A DNA stretch of 64,000 nucleotides from NCBI RefSeq assembly GCF_006345805.1, contig NC_043000.1:13268001-13332000 (forward strand), read 5' to 3'. Source of the DNA: Octopus sinensis. Lineage: Eukaryota. Numbering within the stretch: the stretch's first letter is position 1; the number at the start of each line of letters is the position of its first letter. Shown in pieces: positions 25,190 to 38,483 of the stretch. The translations under genes and the position numbers were made by a program. The notes beneath the pieces were generated by a model. It was given only the letters and a program-made list of their open reading frames with translations, was not told where the DNA came from and did no database searches.

Positions 25190-25660
25190 TGTCTTGTCAG
25201 GTGAGCGGCTAAAAACATAAGGAGCAGAGGTGTGCTTAATGCAAAAGGTACCATTAACGCTGCAATATTTGGTTTGAGAAACTATGTCGTGCATAATGAA
25301 GAAAGAATATAGTTTGCGGCCAGAAATATCCAAAATGTCAGTGAAACAGGAAAAGGATTCACGAATAGTAGAAAAGAAAATAACAGGAGAAGAAGACTAA
25401 TTCATGCAACAAACCAAAGATACTGGAATTTAAGACCTTTGGTTTTCGCTGACAGATAGAAACCTGAAATGAGAAAACGAAGCGCTAATTATAGCCGTTT
25501 AGGAACAAAGCAGCAGAACGAAGTTAATGACAAAGATTGATAAAACTCAGCGAGCAAATGCAGAAAAAAGAAGACGAAAATATTAACCCTCTCTTAAATG
25601 AATACAGTAATCTAACGTAAAAAGAGTATAAGCGCTGGGACTACTCTATCGGTGAAAGAG
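25190..25660 (+). mobile_element. Degenerate R4/Dong-type LINE fragment (pre-zinc-knuckle region)
   Basis: Decayed motifs NLK*ENEALIIAV*EQSSRT (consensus LK.ETE.LI.AAQEQ.L.T) and KCR..EDENINP...KEYKRWD (consensus KCR.C..ET..H...C..LA..EYK.RHD). Confidence 0.6.
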
Positions 25661-25687
25661 TGCATTAGGATGTTAGCCGAGTGAGAG

Positions 25688-25761
<74 letters not shown>

Positions 25762-26915
25762 ATCTAAATGCTATTTGTTGTATAACCTTCTAACAGCTCT
25801 GCGAAACAACGTGAAGCACTATCACACATCAACAAATTTTTATTATCGTGTATACTTCCACTTCTGGTGTATCTTGGCCTCGTTATCATGTTCGTTGCTA
25901 CTCAACGAACTGTAATGTTCTGTGTACTACGAGTTGTACTAAAAGAAATATCTAACGGTGATCACTTATAACACAAAGGACATAGAAATTTTAGAAGAAA
26001 TTTAATAAGACAATTGGTGTCCTTGAATTGTATGTTTCCTTCAAAAATTAACTTTATTTGTCCTTTTCCCCGCAGACGTTTACACAAATGTCTTCTTACA
26101 TCTTGTTCTTCAAGAGAAATTGTATCTGGCCTACAGAGTTAGACTGTGTACATTGTTGATTGTAAACGGGGTTTGGTGAATTTAAGTTGAAAAATAAAAT
26201 AAATTCTCTCGCGGCTTGCGACAGTTACTGTCAACGTGAGAAATGTTCTTAAAGCAATTAATATATCAGGTACAATGTCTTCTAATTCACTGAAAGCATT
26301 TAATTATATCCTTTGGAGAACTTTCTACTTTAAATTACTCTGTGCTATAGGATTTTTGGAGCGTAGCGTTGTTCAAACTAAAATATTTTCCTATTTTCCC
26401 ATATTTTGTAAATATGTATATTTCATCTGTAGAAAACAGATTTTAAGGTGGGAAAATCGGTCTTTTAGGTACCTGAAATAATAGTTTAAATGTAGAAGAT
26501 ATAATTTTTCATTCAAATTTAGTAAAATCACCAAAAATTTTTAAGAACAAGATTTTTCTCAGATTTGAAATATAATTATACCAATTTAAGGTTATTAAAT
26601 AGTACATTTCAATTGTCGTTTTCAAAATAAAAAATATATTTTATGATTTTTAAATCAAGAATTGTTTTCTATCTTAACTTTTGTACTAAATTATAAAAAT
26701 GAACCAATATGAATAATTAAAATAATAAATACGATTGGTTTGTCCCAATAACTTTTAATTTCTTTTATCAGTGAAAAGCGTTGCCCGTAAAAAGAGTAGA
26801 TTAGCAGGGAAAATGTGCATGCAGGAATGTTAATATTTTTAATTGATTGGACATAAAAAAGAAAGGACAAAATTAAATGGAGAGTTAAAAATATTACAGC
26901 AGAAGATGAAGTTGA

Positions 26916-26976
<61 letters not shown>

Positions 26977-26978
<2 letters not shown>

Positions 26979-27274
26979 CTGGAAATAGAGGTAACCAGAA
27001 TGTGGAATCTAAAAACAGAAACAATTCCTATCATAGTAGGTGCATTAGGCATGATAAAAAAATATTCAGACAAATACATAACAAAGACACCAGGACTTAC
27101 AAACACATATAAGATACAGAAAATTGCACTACTAGGCACTGCACACATCCTACGCAGAACACTTTCCATACAATAACCATCAGAGCATCACAACAAATCA
27201 CAGCACATACCCAAGGCACACAGAGCTGCGCTCGGTAGTGAAGTGAAAGCACGCTATAAAAATAAAACTACTGA
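26977..27274 (+). mobile_element. 3' end of an R4/Dong-clade (RLE) LINE, copy 1
   Basis: Translates LEIEVTRMWNLKTETIPIIVGALGMIKK...IQKIALLGTAHILRRTLS, the typical RLE C-terminus; (AAT)n on both sides. Confidence 0.8.
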
Positions 27275-27300
27275 AAATAATAATAATAATAATAATAATA

Positions 27301-27332
<32 letters not shown>

Positions 27333-27343
27333 TAATAATAATA

Positions 27344-27641
27344 ATCTGGAAATAGAGGTAACCAGAATGTGGAATCTAAAAACAGAAACAATTCCTATCA
27401 TAGTAGGTGCATTAGGCATGATAAAAAAATATTCAGACAAATACATAACAAAGACACCAGGACTTACAAACACATATAAGATACAGAAAATTGCACTACT
27501 AGGCACTGCACACATCCTACGCAGAACACTTTCCATACAATAACCATCAGAGCATCACAACAAATCACAGCACATACCCAAGGCACACAGAGCTGCGCTC
27601 GGTAGTGAAGTGAAAGCACGCTATAAAAATAAAACTACTGA
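27344..27641 (+). mobile_element. 3' end of an R4/Dong-clade LINE, copy 2 (tandem duplicate)
   Basis: Appears identical to copy 1, offset 367 bp, with the same 5' truncation point. Confidence 0.8.
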
Positions 27642-27642
27642 A

Positions 27643-27679
<37 letters not shown>

Positions 27680-28073
27680 TAATAATAATAATAATAATAA
27701 TAATAAACTGTTGTTAGTTTTATTCAAATCCCTCTTTTGATTATATCATTCTTATGAGGAAAATCCCATTTAAAATTTCTCTGTTTACTCATAATAAAAT
27801 AAAATATGGTGGATGATTGGTAGACATTGAAGCACTCACATTCGATGAAGATGTAGCCTGTTTTTCAAAATTGAAAAAAAAAAAAAATCCATCAACCTTT
27901 CATTCCTGTTTTTTAAACCAAACTGATCTAACACTTAGGCACACAGAAATATGTACTCATCAGTGGTGACGGGGGAGTAGCTAGGATGCAGTTTAACTTG
28001 CCAAGAAACAATGAAATAGGCAGTAGTATCCTGTCAACTCAAAAATAATGTGAGATAAATGGTGTGGGTAAAA

Positions 28074-28397
28074 GGAGCACTCAGTCGGTTACGACGACGA
28101 GGGCCCCAGCTGATACGATCAACGGAACAGCTTGCTCGTGGAATTAACGTGCAAGTGACTGAGCAATCCACAGACACGAGTACCCTTAACGTAGTTCTCA
28201 GGGAGATTCAGCGTGACACTGAGTGTGACAAGGCCGGCCCTTTGAAATACAGGTACAACTCATTTTTGCCAGCTGAGTGGACTGGAGCAACGTGAAATAA
28301 AGTGTCTTGCTCAAGGACACAACGCATCGCCGCGAATCGAACTCACGACCTTACAATCGTGAGCCGAATGCCCTAACCATTAAGCCATGCGCCTTCA
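28074..28397 (-). mobile_element. SINE family D head (CORE-like) with body 1
   Basis: Head gaaggcgcatggcttaatggttagggcattcggctcacga...gtgtccttgagcaagacactt, then the same 3' body as family B1; TSD gataaatggtgt. Confidence 0.88.
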
Positions 28398-29761
28398 CTG
28401 ATAAATGGTGTAGGGGCTTCAGGAAGTAGGCAATCTTCTCTCGCTAAAAAAATGAAAATTATCCTGAGTAGAGGCAATGGGTTTGAAATCTATGCCTATA
28501 AAGCTCTGGAAATCCATCATTTTTGGGCTCTTGATACCCAGAAACTCTCCTCCAACACTCACGATATAAATAAAGCTTGGCCAACAAACCGTCTTCCCCA
28601 AAGTGCACAAAGCTTAAATGATCTTTCTCAGACACAGCATAAAACACTGGGTGTGATCTCGGTTAGTCATGCACAGACGAGAAGGTGCTATGGGGGAAAG
28701 AAAATAAGCCCTTCAGCTTTAACCCGTTACCTACACCACATACTGCTCAAGAACACCCTAACTTGTCTTAATCTTTTCTCCTATTTTTTTTCCACTTCAG
28801 CCCAACGAAAAGGCATTATCAAATTTAAGTTCCAACTTCATCTGCAATATTTTTAAGCTTTCATTTATTCTTACCTTGTAATTTTCCAGGTTCATTAAAT
28901 CAAAAATATTACCACTTGTGTTCCTGTATTTTCCCCTCTTGTTAAATTTATTCGAATCGAGGGGAAAAAACCATATTACATTTTGGTTGTTACTCCGTAA
29001 GTTGGCACATGCGTTACACTCTGCTATGCAGTAATCACTAAAAATTGGTAATATTAGTGAGGCAACGAAGACGATGAGCTGGGAGAACTGTTAATATACC
29101 GGACAAAACCGCTCAATGTATTTCGTCAATTTTTACGTTGTGAGTTCAAATTTCATCCTTTCGGGGTCGATAAAATAATTACAAATCGAGCACCGGTGTT
29201 GATGAAATCGACTAGCCCTCTCCACCAAAATTTCAGGACCTGAGCTTTTAGTGGGAAGGTTAATTAAGGCGGTGACTTGGCAGAATTATTACTACGCCGG
29301 ACAAAATGGCCCGTGGCATTTCTTCCGGCTTTACATTCTGAGTCCAAATTCCGCCGAGGTTGACATTGCTTTTCATACTTACACACAAAGCTACAGGTAT
29401 AGTACTTATAGTAGAATGGTTTATTATTATTACTAGCAGAAATATCACCCACCGGGCTGTTCTCTACTACTTTCTACTGTGGTTGTTAACAGAACTTCTT
29501 AACCAGACAGCTTTTTCATCAAGTGGGGATGAATCTTGTTATGCCTAGAGAAAAATATTTTCTGTAGGCATAACAAAATTCTTTCCCACTTAGAAGTTCT
29601 GTTAATAACCACATGCTTCCAGGTTCAATTCCACTGCGCTCCGCCTAGGGCAAATATCTTCTACTGTAGTCTTGGCCGACCAATGACTTGTGAATGAGTT
29701 TGGTAGACGGAAACTCTGTGAAAACCCGTTGTATATATATATATAATATATATACAACGGG

Positions 29762-29846
<85 letters not shown>

Positions 29847-29879
29847 TAATATATATATATATATATATAAATTGTTTGT

Positions 29880-30160
29880 TTGTTCCTTCTCGAGCTATGT
29901 CTGGCTCATAAGGACCGATTTCCCGGTTTCCTTGGCGTATAGGTTCCCCACCTGGATGGGACGCCGGTCCGTCGCAGGTGAGCTGCAAGATGCAGGAGGA
30001 AAGAGTGAGAGAAAGTTGTGGTGAAAGAGCCAGCAGAAGTTCGCTGTTACCTTGTACCGGAACCGCGTGGATCTTAGGTGTTTCGCTCATAAAGACACAT
30101 ATCGCCCGGTCTGAGATTCGAACCCGTGATCCCTCGACCGCGAGTCCGCTGCTCTAACTA
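29880..30160 (-). mobile_element. SINE family B, body 2 (older)
   Basis: Minus strand: B-like head followed by cctgcgacggaccggcgtcccatccag...ggaaaccgggaaatcgg. Confidence 0.75.
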
Positions 30161-30184
30161 CTATATATATGTTTAGATAGATAG

Positions 30185-30218
30185 ATAGATACATACATAC
30201 ATATATACGTACATACAT

Positions 30219-30249
<31 letters not shown>

Positions 30250-30270
30250 TACATACATACATACATACAT

Positions 30271-30301
<31 letters not shown>

Positions 30302-30338
30302 TACATACATACATACATACATACATACATACATACAT

Positions 30339-30369
<31 letters not shown>

Positions 30370-30472
30370 TACATACATACATACATACATACATACATGC
30401 ATACACACACACACATACATACATACATACATTCATACATACATACATACATACATACATTCATACATACAT

Positions 30473-30503
<31 letters not shown>

Positions 30504-30560
30504 TACATACATACATACATTCATACATACATACATACATACATTCATACATACATACAT

Positions 30561-30591
<31 letters not shown>

Positions 30592-30745
30592 TACATACAT
30601 ACATACATACATACATACATACATACATACATACATACATACATACACACATACACACACACATACATACATACATACATACATACATACATACATACAC
30701 ATACATACATACATACATCCACACACACACATACACACACACACA

Positions 30746-30779
<34 letters not shown>

Positions 30780-30891
30780 CGTACATACATACATACATAC
30801 ATAATACATACATACACACACACACATACATACATACATACACACATACATTCATACATACATACATACACACATACATTCATACATACAT

Positions 30892-30922
<31 letters not shown>

Positions 30923-31110
30923 TACATACATACATACATACATACATACATACATACATACATAATACATACATACATACATACATCATACACACATACA
31001 CACATACACACACACATACATACATACATACACACATACATACACACACACACATACATACATACATACATACATACATACATACGCACGCACACACACA
31101 CACACACACA
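30185..31110. repeat. (TACA)n/(CA)n microsatellite, ~0.9 kb
   Basis: Read directly from the sequence. Confidence 0.95.
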
Positions 31111-31138
31111 TTTCTATACATAGTTAAAAAAATAAGTG

Positions 31139-31366
31139 AAGTTGGAAAAGGCACAAAAGTATATTTTAGAGAATGTTTAATATTTTTGTTACACCCACCA
31201 CAATATTCAAAACATATTTCTAAAAAATATATTTTGTATATTGTGGTGGGTGTATATATGTGTGCGGGTTTTAAGGTGGATACATGGAAACCTGCTAAGA
31301 TTTAAATTACTGTAATAAAAATATTATACATTCTCTAAAGTATACTTTTGTGCCTTTTCCAACTTA
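31139..31366. repeat. Nested inverted repeat (MITE-like)
   Basis: Outer arms aagttggaaaaggcacaaaagtata..agagaatgt and its reverse complement; inner arms tacacccaccacaatat / atattgtggtgggtgta. Confidence 0.75.
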
Positions 31367-31424
31367 GCTCAATTTTTTAATCATAATTTTTTTATTTGTA
31401 TGAGCTCATTACAGCTATATATGA

Positions 31425-31459
<35 letters not shown>

Positions 31460-32344
31460 AGTGTGTGTGTGTGTGTGTGTGTATGTCTGTCTGTTTGTCT
31501 GTGTGTTTGCTCGCGTTTATAGTTTCCCGTACGCCACTGTTTGACAACCAGTGTTGGTTTGTTTACGTCTACATAATTTACCAGTTCGGCAAAAAAGAGC
31601 GATAGGGTAAACGTCGAACATAAAAATGAGTATTGAGGTTCGATTTGTTCGACCCCTTTCAAAGTGGTGCCCCAGCGTGGCCGCGGTCCAATGACGGAGA
31701 CAAGGAAAAGACTAAAGAAGAAGCTATATAAAAATAGATGATTGAATTACCAGTAAAAAAAATAGCATGAGGTAATATACCGAATGTTTTATGCAAAAAT
31801 TTCATATAAATGATATTCCCTAATTATAAAATATGACATTGAAGGCGCGTGCCCGAGTGGTTGGAATGTTCGGCTTTTATCATAAGGTCGAAGTTTCGAT
31901 TCCTGGACCAAATGATATACTGTAACTTGAGCAAACCATATCATTTCACGTTGCTTTTTTTTACTCAGCAGAAGATAAAAACTTGCCTAGTAGAGTTGCA
32001 ACCCTGACCCTGCAGCTGTTACATCCTGTATGCTCCGCTAGATCAAAAGTGAGAGTAGCAAGAAAGTGCTTATATCCACTCGCAACTTCATGGACATGAA
32101 TTAAACGAATTAAATTAAACGAAAGCATGGTACACGCAATTAAGACGTACTCGCTTGTGAGTGAGGGTAGTGCTTTTTATAAAGCATTTCATCTTCCGTA
32201 ACCATATGAAACGCTATACTAAATAGCGTGATGATGCACCATATTTAAGCTTGTTAAGTTATCATGTTTATGTTACATTATACCGGGAGATTTTGTGGAG
32301 GCTCACATATCTCCCGGTATAATGTAACATTATACCGGGAGATT

Positions 32345-32830
32345 TTGTGGTTAGGGCAGCGGATTCGCGGTCGTAGGATTGCGGTTTCGATTCCCAGACC
32401 GGGCATGTTTATTGAGCGAAAACACCTAAAGCTCCACGAGGCTCCGACAGGGGGTGGTGGTGAACCCCGCTGTACTCTTTCACCACAATTTTCTCTTACT
32501 CTTTCTTTCTGTTTCTGTTGTACCCGTATTTCAAGGGGCCAGCCTTGTCACACTCTGTGTCATGCTGAATCTCCCCGAAAACTACTTTATGGGTACATGT
32601 GCCTGTGGAGTGCTCAGCCACTTGCACGTTAATAAATGAGCTGCGACGTCACTGGTGCCAAGCTGTATCGGCCGTTGCCTTTCCCTCGGATAACATCGGT
32701 GGCATGGAAAGGAGAGGCTAGTATGCATGGGCGACTGCTGGTCTTCCATAAACAACTTTGCCCAGACTTGTACCTCGGAGGGTAAGTTTCTAGGTGCAAT
32801 CCCCTGGTCATTCATGACCGAAGGAGGTCA
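32345..32830 (+). mobile_element. SINE family B head with part of body 1 fused to body E
   Basis: Body 1 stops at cacgttaa, then gagctgcgacgtcactggtgcc...tttctaggtgcaatcccc, which is shared with 39400-39560. Confidence 0.75.
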
Positions 32831-33544
32831 CAATACCGGGTGATTTTATTTCTTCATAGTTAGTTGTAGCTCGTTAATTTGGAATTCGTTCTGCAATTCA
32901 TATTCCAGAACTGTTGGGGGGGGGGGGGGAATATTGTATCAATTGGTACTTTTTTTTTTTAAAGTACAAGTTTTAAAGTACAATGTGATAAAACAGCATC
33001 GATTGCCGCTTCGTCACTATAACGATGACCAGCCAGTTAGAAAGGATTGTTATCAGTGAAACGCAAACTTCCTGTTTCCGGAATGAAATTTCCTTTCATC
33101 GCAGCTCATTCTTGGATCGTCTGTACTGGAAGCGTCTGAATTTTTTCGAATCACCTTAAGTCATTGCAAACAATCTCAACAAACAAACAACGAACGATAA
33201 CAACAGCAACAACAACAACAACAATAACAACAAATGATAACAACGACATAATGGAAACCGGCAAATAGCCGAAAAATAGCATTGAACCAGGATGAACGAT
33301 TTAGGATTTTATTCAGCATATTCCCCTCTAATATCCACACACTTATTGCAGCGATCCTTCAGTTTTTCTAAGCCTTATAAAAGAACCCAGAAACTTGGGC
33401 CGTGTTACCCTTAAAGCCAGGAACTTTTCAGGCCCTTTCCGTCGTATACATATTCACACACACGTATGTATGTATGTATGTATGTATGTATGTATGTATG
33501 TATGTATGTATGTATGTATGTATGCATGTATGTATGTATGTATG

Positions 33545-33576
<32 letters not shown>

Positions 33577-33599
33577 GTTAATCCAAACAAAAAAGCACA

Positions 33600-33845
33600 A
33601 AAAAACACAACAACGCGAGGACGTGGAACAAATATAGTATTATTGGACGCTCAGGAAAGAAGGAAAGAAGGAGGGTTTAACGTGTCTAGTGGAGCTCTTC
33701 GTCGGAAACATAGGAGAAGGAAAGATCCAGAGAAGGGAAAACAGAGGGAAAACAATCGCCAACGGTACACACGCGGTCGTATGTATGTAACAGTTAAGCT
33801 TCGTGCAATGGCCATACTCGATAACGAGGGGGCAGCCATAATAAT
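33600..33845 (-). mobile_element. Degenerate PLE-derived repeat related to P2, between (TATG)n tracts
   Basis: tagtattattggacgctcaggaaa resembles P2 tagtatggcgctcaggaaa; followed by a decayed gtttaacgtgtctagtggagctcttcgtcgg motif. Confidence 0.4.
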
Positions 33846-35066
33846 GTATGTATGTATGTATGTATGTATGTATGTATGTATGTACGTATGTATGTGAGGT
33901 GAGCTGTATACTTATAGATTTCAAAGTTTTATATGATCTCTATCAATGCTTTATATACTAAATGACTATGAGACAATAAATATCTGCTTCTCGTAATAGT
34001 CATACACTGGTTCAACATTACTATCGTGAATTTGCTATCTATTTGCGTCCAGGTCGTAGGAAGTACGAATTGCTTAAGAACAATGGCTTGAAAATCTGTT
34101 TTTCTTTTCTTTTTTTTTTTTGTCATTATGAAAAACATCAATAATATAACATATTGTATTTAGGTCAGTGATTTCGAAAAGACTTCTGTGGCTGTTTTCT
34201 TTCGAATTTGAAACTAATGCATTCTGCTCCTAACTTGTTTCTCTCCATAGTTTATATGTCGTCTGCTTGACTCATCACTATGCTGTCCTTGAAGAAAGTG
34301 GCAATGATGTGTCACAGGAAAAACAGCATAGACCAAACCAAGCTGGGTAGATATCAGTCTACCCAGCTTGTTCTCTTTTTTTCTCTCTGCATTTTTTTTT
34401 TGCCTATCTCTCTGTCAGTCTCTCCCTCTTTTCTTTTTTAAATGTAGGTCAAAGATATTGAGTAAGTACATAGGTTCAATGAAATTTCAAGAATGTGGTA
34501 GTGATAAAAAGCACTCAGGCAGCTATGCAAGTCATTCGTGTTCTATTAATGGTCAGTCATAATGATATGCCAATTTAGGTTGATTATTGCTGTTTGCAGC
34601 CGTGGCTCATGTCGTTGTTATTCTATTGTTTTTCCAAACAAAGCTATAATAATGAGAACAACTTGAACAAATTTAAGAATATTTTTTCTGCTCTTTAGTA
34701 AACAACGTAAGCTTTGCAACTATGTGGTTTTGAGTTCGGTCCCATTACGTGGCACCCTGCATTGTCATTTTTGTGCATCAAGCATTTGGTTGAATTTTCT
34801 TGTTCTTGGATTGCAAACGCATACCCTTCAAAGTGAGAGTCCATGTTAGACTGCATTGATTTTCAATCTTATTATCATCTCAGAGCTTTCTGCTTACATA
34901 CATACATACATACATACGTATGTATGTATGTATGTATGTATGTATGTATGTATGTATGTATGTATGTATGTATGTATGTATGTATGTATGTATGTATGTA
35001 TGTATGTATGTATGTATGTATGTATGTATGTATGTATGTATGTAGTATGTATGTATGTATGTGCTT

Positions 35067-35149
<83 letters not shown>

Positions 35150-35184
35150 CTCTCCTGTGTGATTCTTCTGTCCGGCATTCACCA

Positions 35185-35378
35185 TGATAGATCGCTAGCC
35201 ACTACACATTCATTATTTTCTCTACTTGTTTCTTTCTGTGTTCCTTTCTGTGGAAGAGCGTAGGCTCGAAACATTAAAGACTTTTTCACTTCTTGAGTGT
35301 TATACTAATATATTAATACATCTGTTTGTTGTCTACACCACCTGCCTTCAGCTTTTGTTTTTTTGTGAATTCTCCCTA
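35185..35378 (+). mobile_element. PLE-derived short repeat, family P2, copy 2
   Basis: Same consensus as 18393-18575, with (TA)n nearby on both sides. Confidence 0.6.
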
Positions 35379-35382
35379 TATA

Positions 35383-35759
35383 CACTACCGTCAGAAATTA
35401 ATTAGCACCCTTGATTTGCTCTTCACTCAAGGTATGTGCTGTCACCTAGTGGTCATATCTCGAACTATTGCTTTGTTGCGAGTTCACTGTTGCACAGAAC
35501 GATGACGTAACTTTGTTTGCAGAGCAGTTTGAGAGTCTACAGCCTTATGATGTTGACATAGCAGTGCAACAAATTGGAGTGCGGATGCAGACAAATCTTC
35601 CTTTGTTTAATAGATATAGGTAGCGCCTCGCAAGGACCGAAATCACACCATACTAAGTTTTCTCATCGCGTAAGACGTTTTGAACAGCTCATAGGTTAAT
35701 TGATTTAACGTATTTAATGTAGAAATTTGAGAAGTGCTAATTAATTTCTGACGCAAGTG
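35383..35759. mobile_element. Tc1/mariner-type MITE
   Basis: TIR CACT.(C)CGTCAGAAATTAATTAGCAC at both ends; TA TSD. Confidence 0.8.
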
Positions 35760-35907
35760 TATATATATATATATTACGGAGATGTACTTGCATAGCAAGT
35801 GATTTGATCTGAGATCTTGTGCTGAAACGAAAACAATTGCAGCGTGGAAGGTGTTTGTAAGCCATTTAAGAAACACACAAAAGCCGTTCGATTCACTTCA
35901 ACATTTA

Positions 35908-35969
<62 letters not shown>

Positions 35970-35971
<2 letters not shown>

Positions 35972-36187
35972 AAAGGGTGCTTAAAACTTCCTGGCTTTAT
36001 GGGAGTTGCGAAAGGCCTGGTTGGAGGACCGACTGACCGAGTTCTTTTACAGGGCTTAGAAAAAATTGAAGGACCGCTGCAATATGTGTGTGAATCTGAG
36101 AGGGGAATATGGCGAATAAAATCATAATTAACTGATTCTCCTGTAATTTCTTTTACCCAAAACCGGGAACTTTTCAGCACTCCCTCG
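35970..36187 (+). mobile_element. mariner-derived internal-deletion element
   Basis: TIRs cga(a/g)(a/g)g(g/a)gtgct(t/g)aaaa(c/g)ttcc(t/c)gg. The interior encodes EFFYRA*KKLKDRCNMCVNLRGEYGE*, like a mariner transposase C-terminus. Sits in (TA)n. Confidence 0.7.
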
Positions 36188-36203
36188 TGTATATATACAT
36201 ACC

Positions 36204-36328
<125 letters not shown>

Positions 36329-36827
36329 TTGAGAGAATGAGAGAAGGAGTGTGTGTGTGTTCACCCGCATGATAACCACTTGAAGTTTTTCAAATTTTCA
36401 GCACATTCTTTTCAAAATATGTACTTCGGATATAAGTTTGCATACTGAGGACGGAAATTGCATTCATTTGTGTAGATATTAGTAAGAAAAAAGTCATAAG
36501 TGCTTAAAATTATGTATTTTTAGCCAACCGGCAACCTCCATTTGGCGGCATGTCGTCTGTGTCGATTTCCGCACGTACCTCTACATACCTTCCCGACCTG
36601 CTAGAAATAGCTCCCAAATCTTCCTTAAGCTACTTTCCACAACGTTTAAAAAGGACGAAGGACGAAGCATTGTGCCACAGTACCGTTGATTTTCTATATG
36701 ATCGTCCATTGTCTTGGAGAATCGCAATGTAAATCTTTTATTGAGCTCACGTTTGTCGAAAATTAATAACAAATTTTAAACACAAAACAAAAATGATGAA
36801 ACATATATATATTCTTGTTTCCTTTGT

Positions 36828-37172
36828 TAGGCATAGGAGTGGCTGTGTGGTAAGTAGCTTGCTTACGAACCACATGGTTCAATCCCACTGCGTGGCACCT
36901 TGGGCAAGTATCTTCTACTGTAGCCTCGGGCCGACCAAAGCCTTGTGAGTAGATTTGGTAGACGGAAGCTGAAAGAAGCCTGTCGTATATATGTATGTAT
37001 ATATATATGTATGTTTGTGTGTCTGTGTTTGTGCCCCCTAACATCGCTTGACAACTGATGCGGTTCGGCAAAAGAGACCGATAGAATAAGTACTAGGCTT
37101 ACAAAGAATAAGTCCTGGGGTCGATTTGCTCGACGATCCATCATGGCTGCAGTCAAATGACTGAAACAAGCA
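36828..37172 (+). mobile_element. SINE family A (small internal deletions)
   Basis: Consensus match. Confidence 0.85.
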
Positions 37173-37399
37173 TGTATGTATGTATGTATGTATGTATGTA
37201 TGTATGTATGTATGTATGTATGTATGTATGTATGTATGTGTATAAACTTAAACAACGTTGCCTGATATAGAGATGATATGAAAAATCCGGTGTTATCATC
37301 TTAAAAAGGAAACACTTTATAAAGGGAAACTCATTGGTACTGATTTCTGTCAACCGCCGACTGCATTAACACATCGACTGAATCTAACTATCAATAGAT

Positions 37400-37830
37400 A
37401 CATGCGATAGAGGCGAACCGTAAGCCATCTCTCCTGCATGGATAATTAAAGACAAGTTATAAGAGACAACGCCTAGTTGAAATACCTACAAGAAACTGCA
37501 TATGAATTTAGCAGTGATATCAAAATAAGTACGGGATTAAAACAAATATGCCAAAGATTCTCTAAGAAAAGGCAAATTAATTAAAAAAATTAAAACATCA
37601 AGTTTAGATTTAGGCAGTGAAATTAGAGAATTAGAACGGAACCGCCCATACAAGTGTTTTGAAGCGGAGTTGAATGTGATAAGATACGGCGTAGAGAAAT
37701 GAAGGGGAAAATTAGTTAGGAGTCAGCCTTAATACTACTAAAAGCTGAACTTAGCGCCGGAAATGAGATTATAGCTGGTATGGATAGATAGAATATATCA
37801 ACTACCACAAGGGAAAGGGGATGTCTCGAA
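37400..37830 (+). mobile_element. Degenerate R4/Dong-type reverse transcriptase fragment
   Basis: TVSHLSCMDN*K (consensus ISHL.YMDDLK), EFSSDIKISTGLKQIC (FS.DI.M.FGL.KC) and LLKAELSAGNEI (ILK.EL...NK). Confidence 0.6.
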
Positions 37831-37929
37831 CAAATAGAGGACTATTACAAAGTAAACATTGTGGGCCTAGAAAAATACTCAGAGGCAAAAGGTAAACTGA
37901 ATGCTGTATAATATGACAGCACGACAAAG

Positions 37930-38356
37930 GGCGATCTATCGTCTCTAGTAGACCTTTCCGTCGATTTCCGTAAAATTTTTTTTTTTACATATGGGCTTGC
38001 GGGAACTTTTGAAGTAATATACATACATATACACATACACCGAGTAAAAAAATTCAGTTATCTCTTTCTTTCACACATTAATCTGTCTCTTCACACACAC
38101 TAACAGAAGCACTTCACTTACACAACATACTGTCTGTCTCCCACATTCCATCAAATACACACACACACACACACATATGTACATCAATGCTTCCCATGCA
38201 CGGTAACTTCAAAAGAATTTCCCTCGTCATACAATCGCTTTCTCTTAGTCTCTTTCGCTCTCATTACTTCAAAAGTTCCCGCAAGCCCATATGTAAAAAA
38301 AAAAAATTTTTTTTGCGGAAATCGACGGAAAGGTCTACTAGAGACGAAGGATTGCC
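37930..38356. mobile_element. MITE family M2 (~90-bp TIRs, 8-bp TSD)
   Basis: TSD cgacaaag at 37922-37929 and 38357-38364; TIR GGC(G/A)ATC..TCGTCTCTAGTAGACCTTTCCGTCGATTTCCG...GAAGTAAT. Confidence 0.8.
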
Positions 38357-38483
38357 CGACAAAGAAAAACAAGACAAAAAAAAAACACCAATAATATTCT
38401 AGATACAAATGTCACGGAGCAAAAATAAATTTTCATTTAGAGAAAATAATTTAAATTATTAAAAAGAAGTTAGGAGAAAAGAA

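Noticed and set aside
28452-28856. 134-aa non-repetitive ORF
   Set aside because: No recognisable motif or splice context; overlapping ORFs of similar quality on the other strand; consistent with chance or decayed TE sequence.
33675-33712. Hammerhead in the degenerate P2-related repeat
   Set aside because: The core (CCGACGA) and the GAAA strand are mutated and helix II cannot close; at most a relic.
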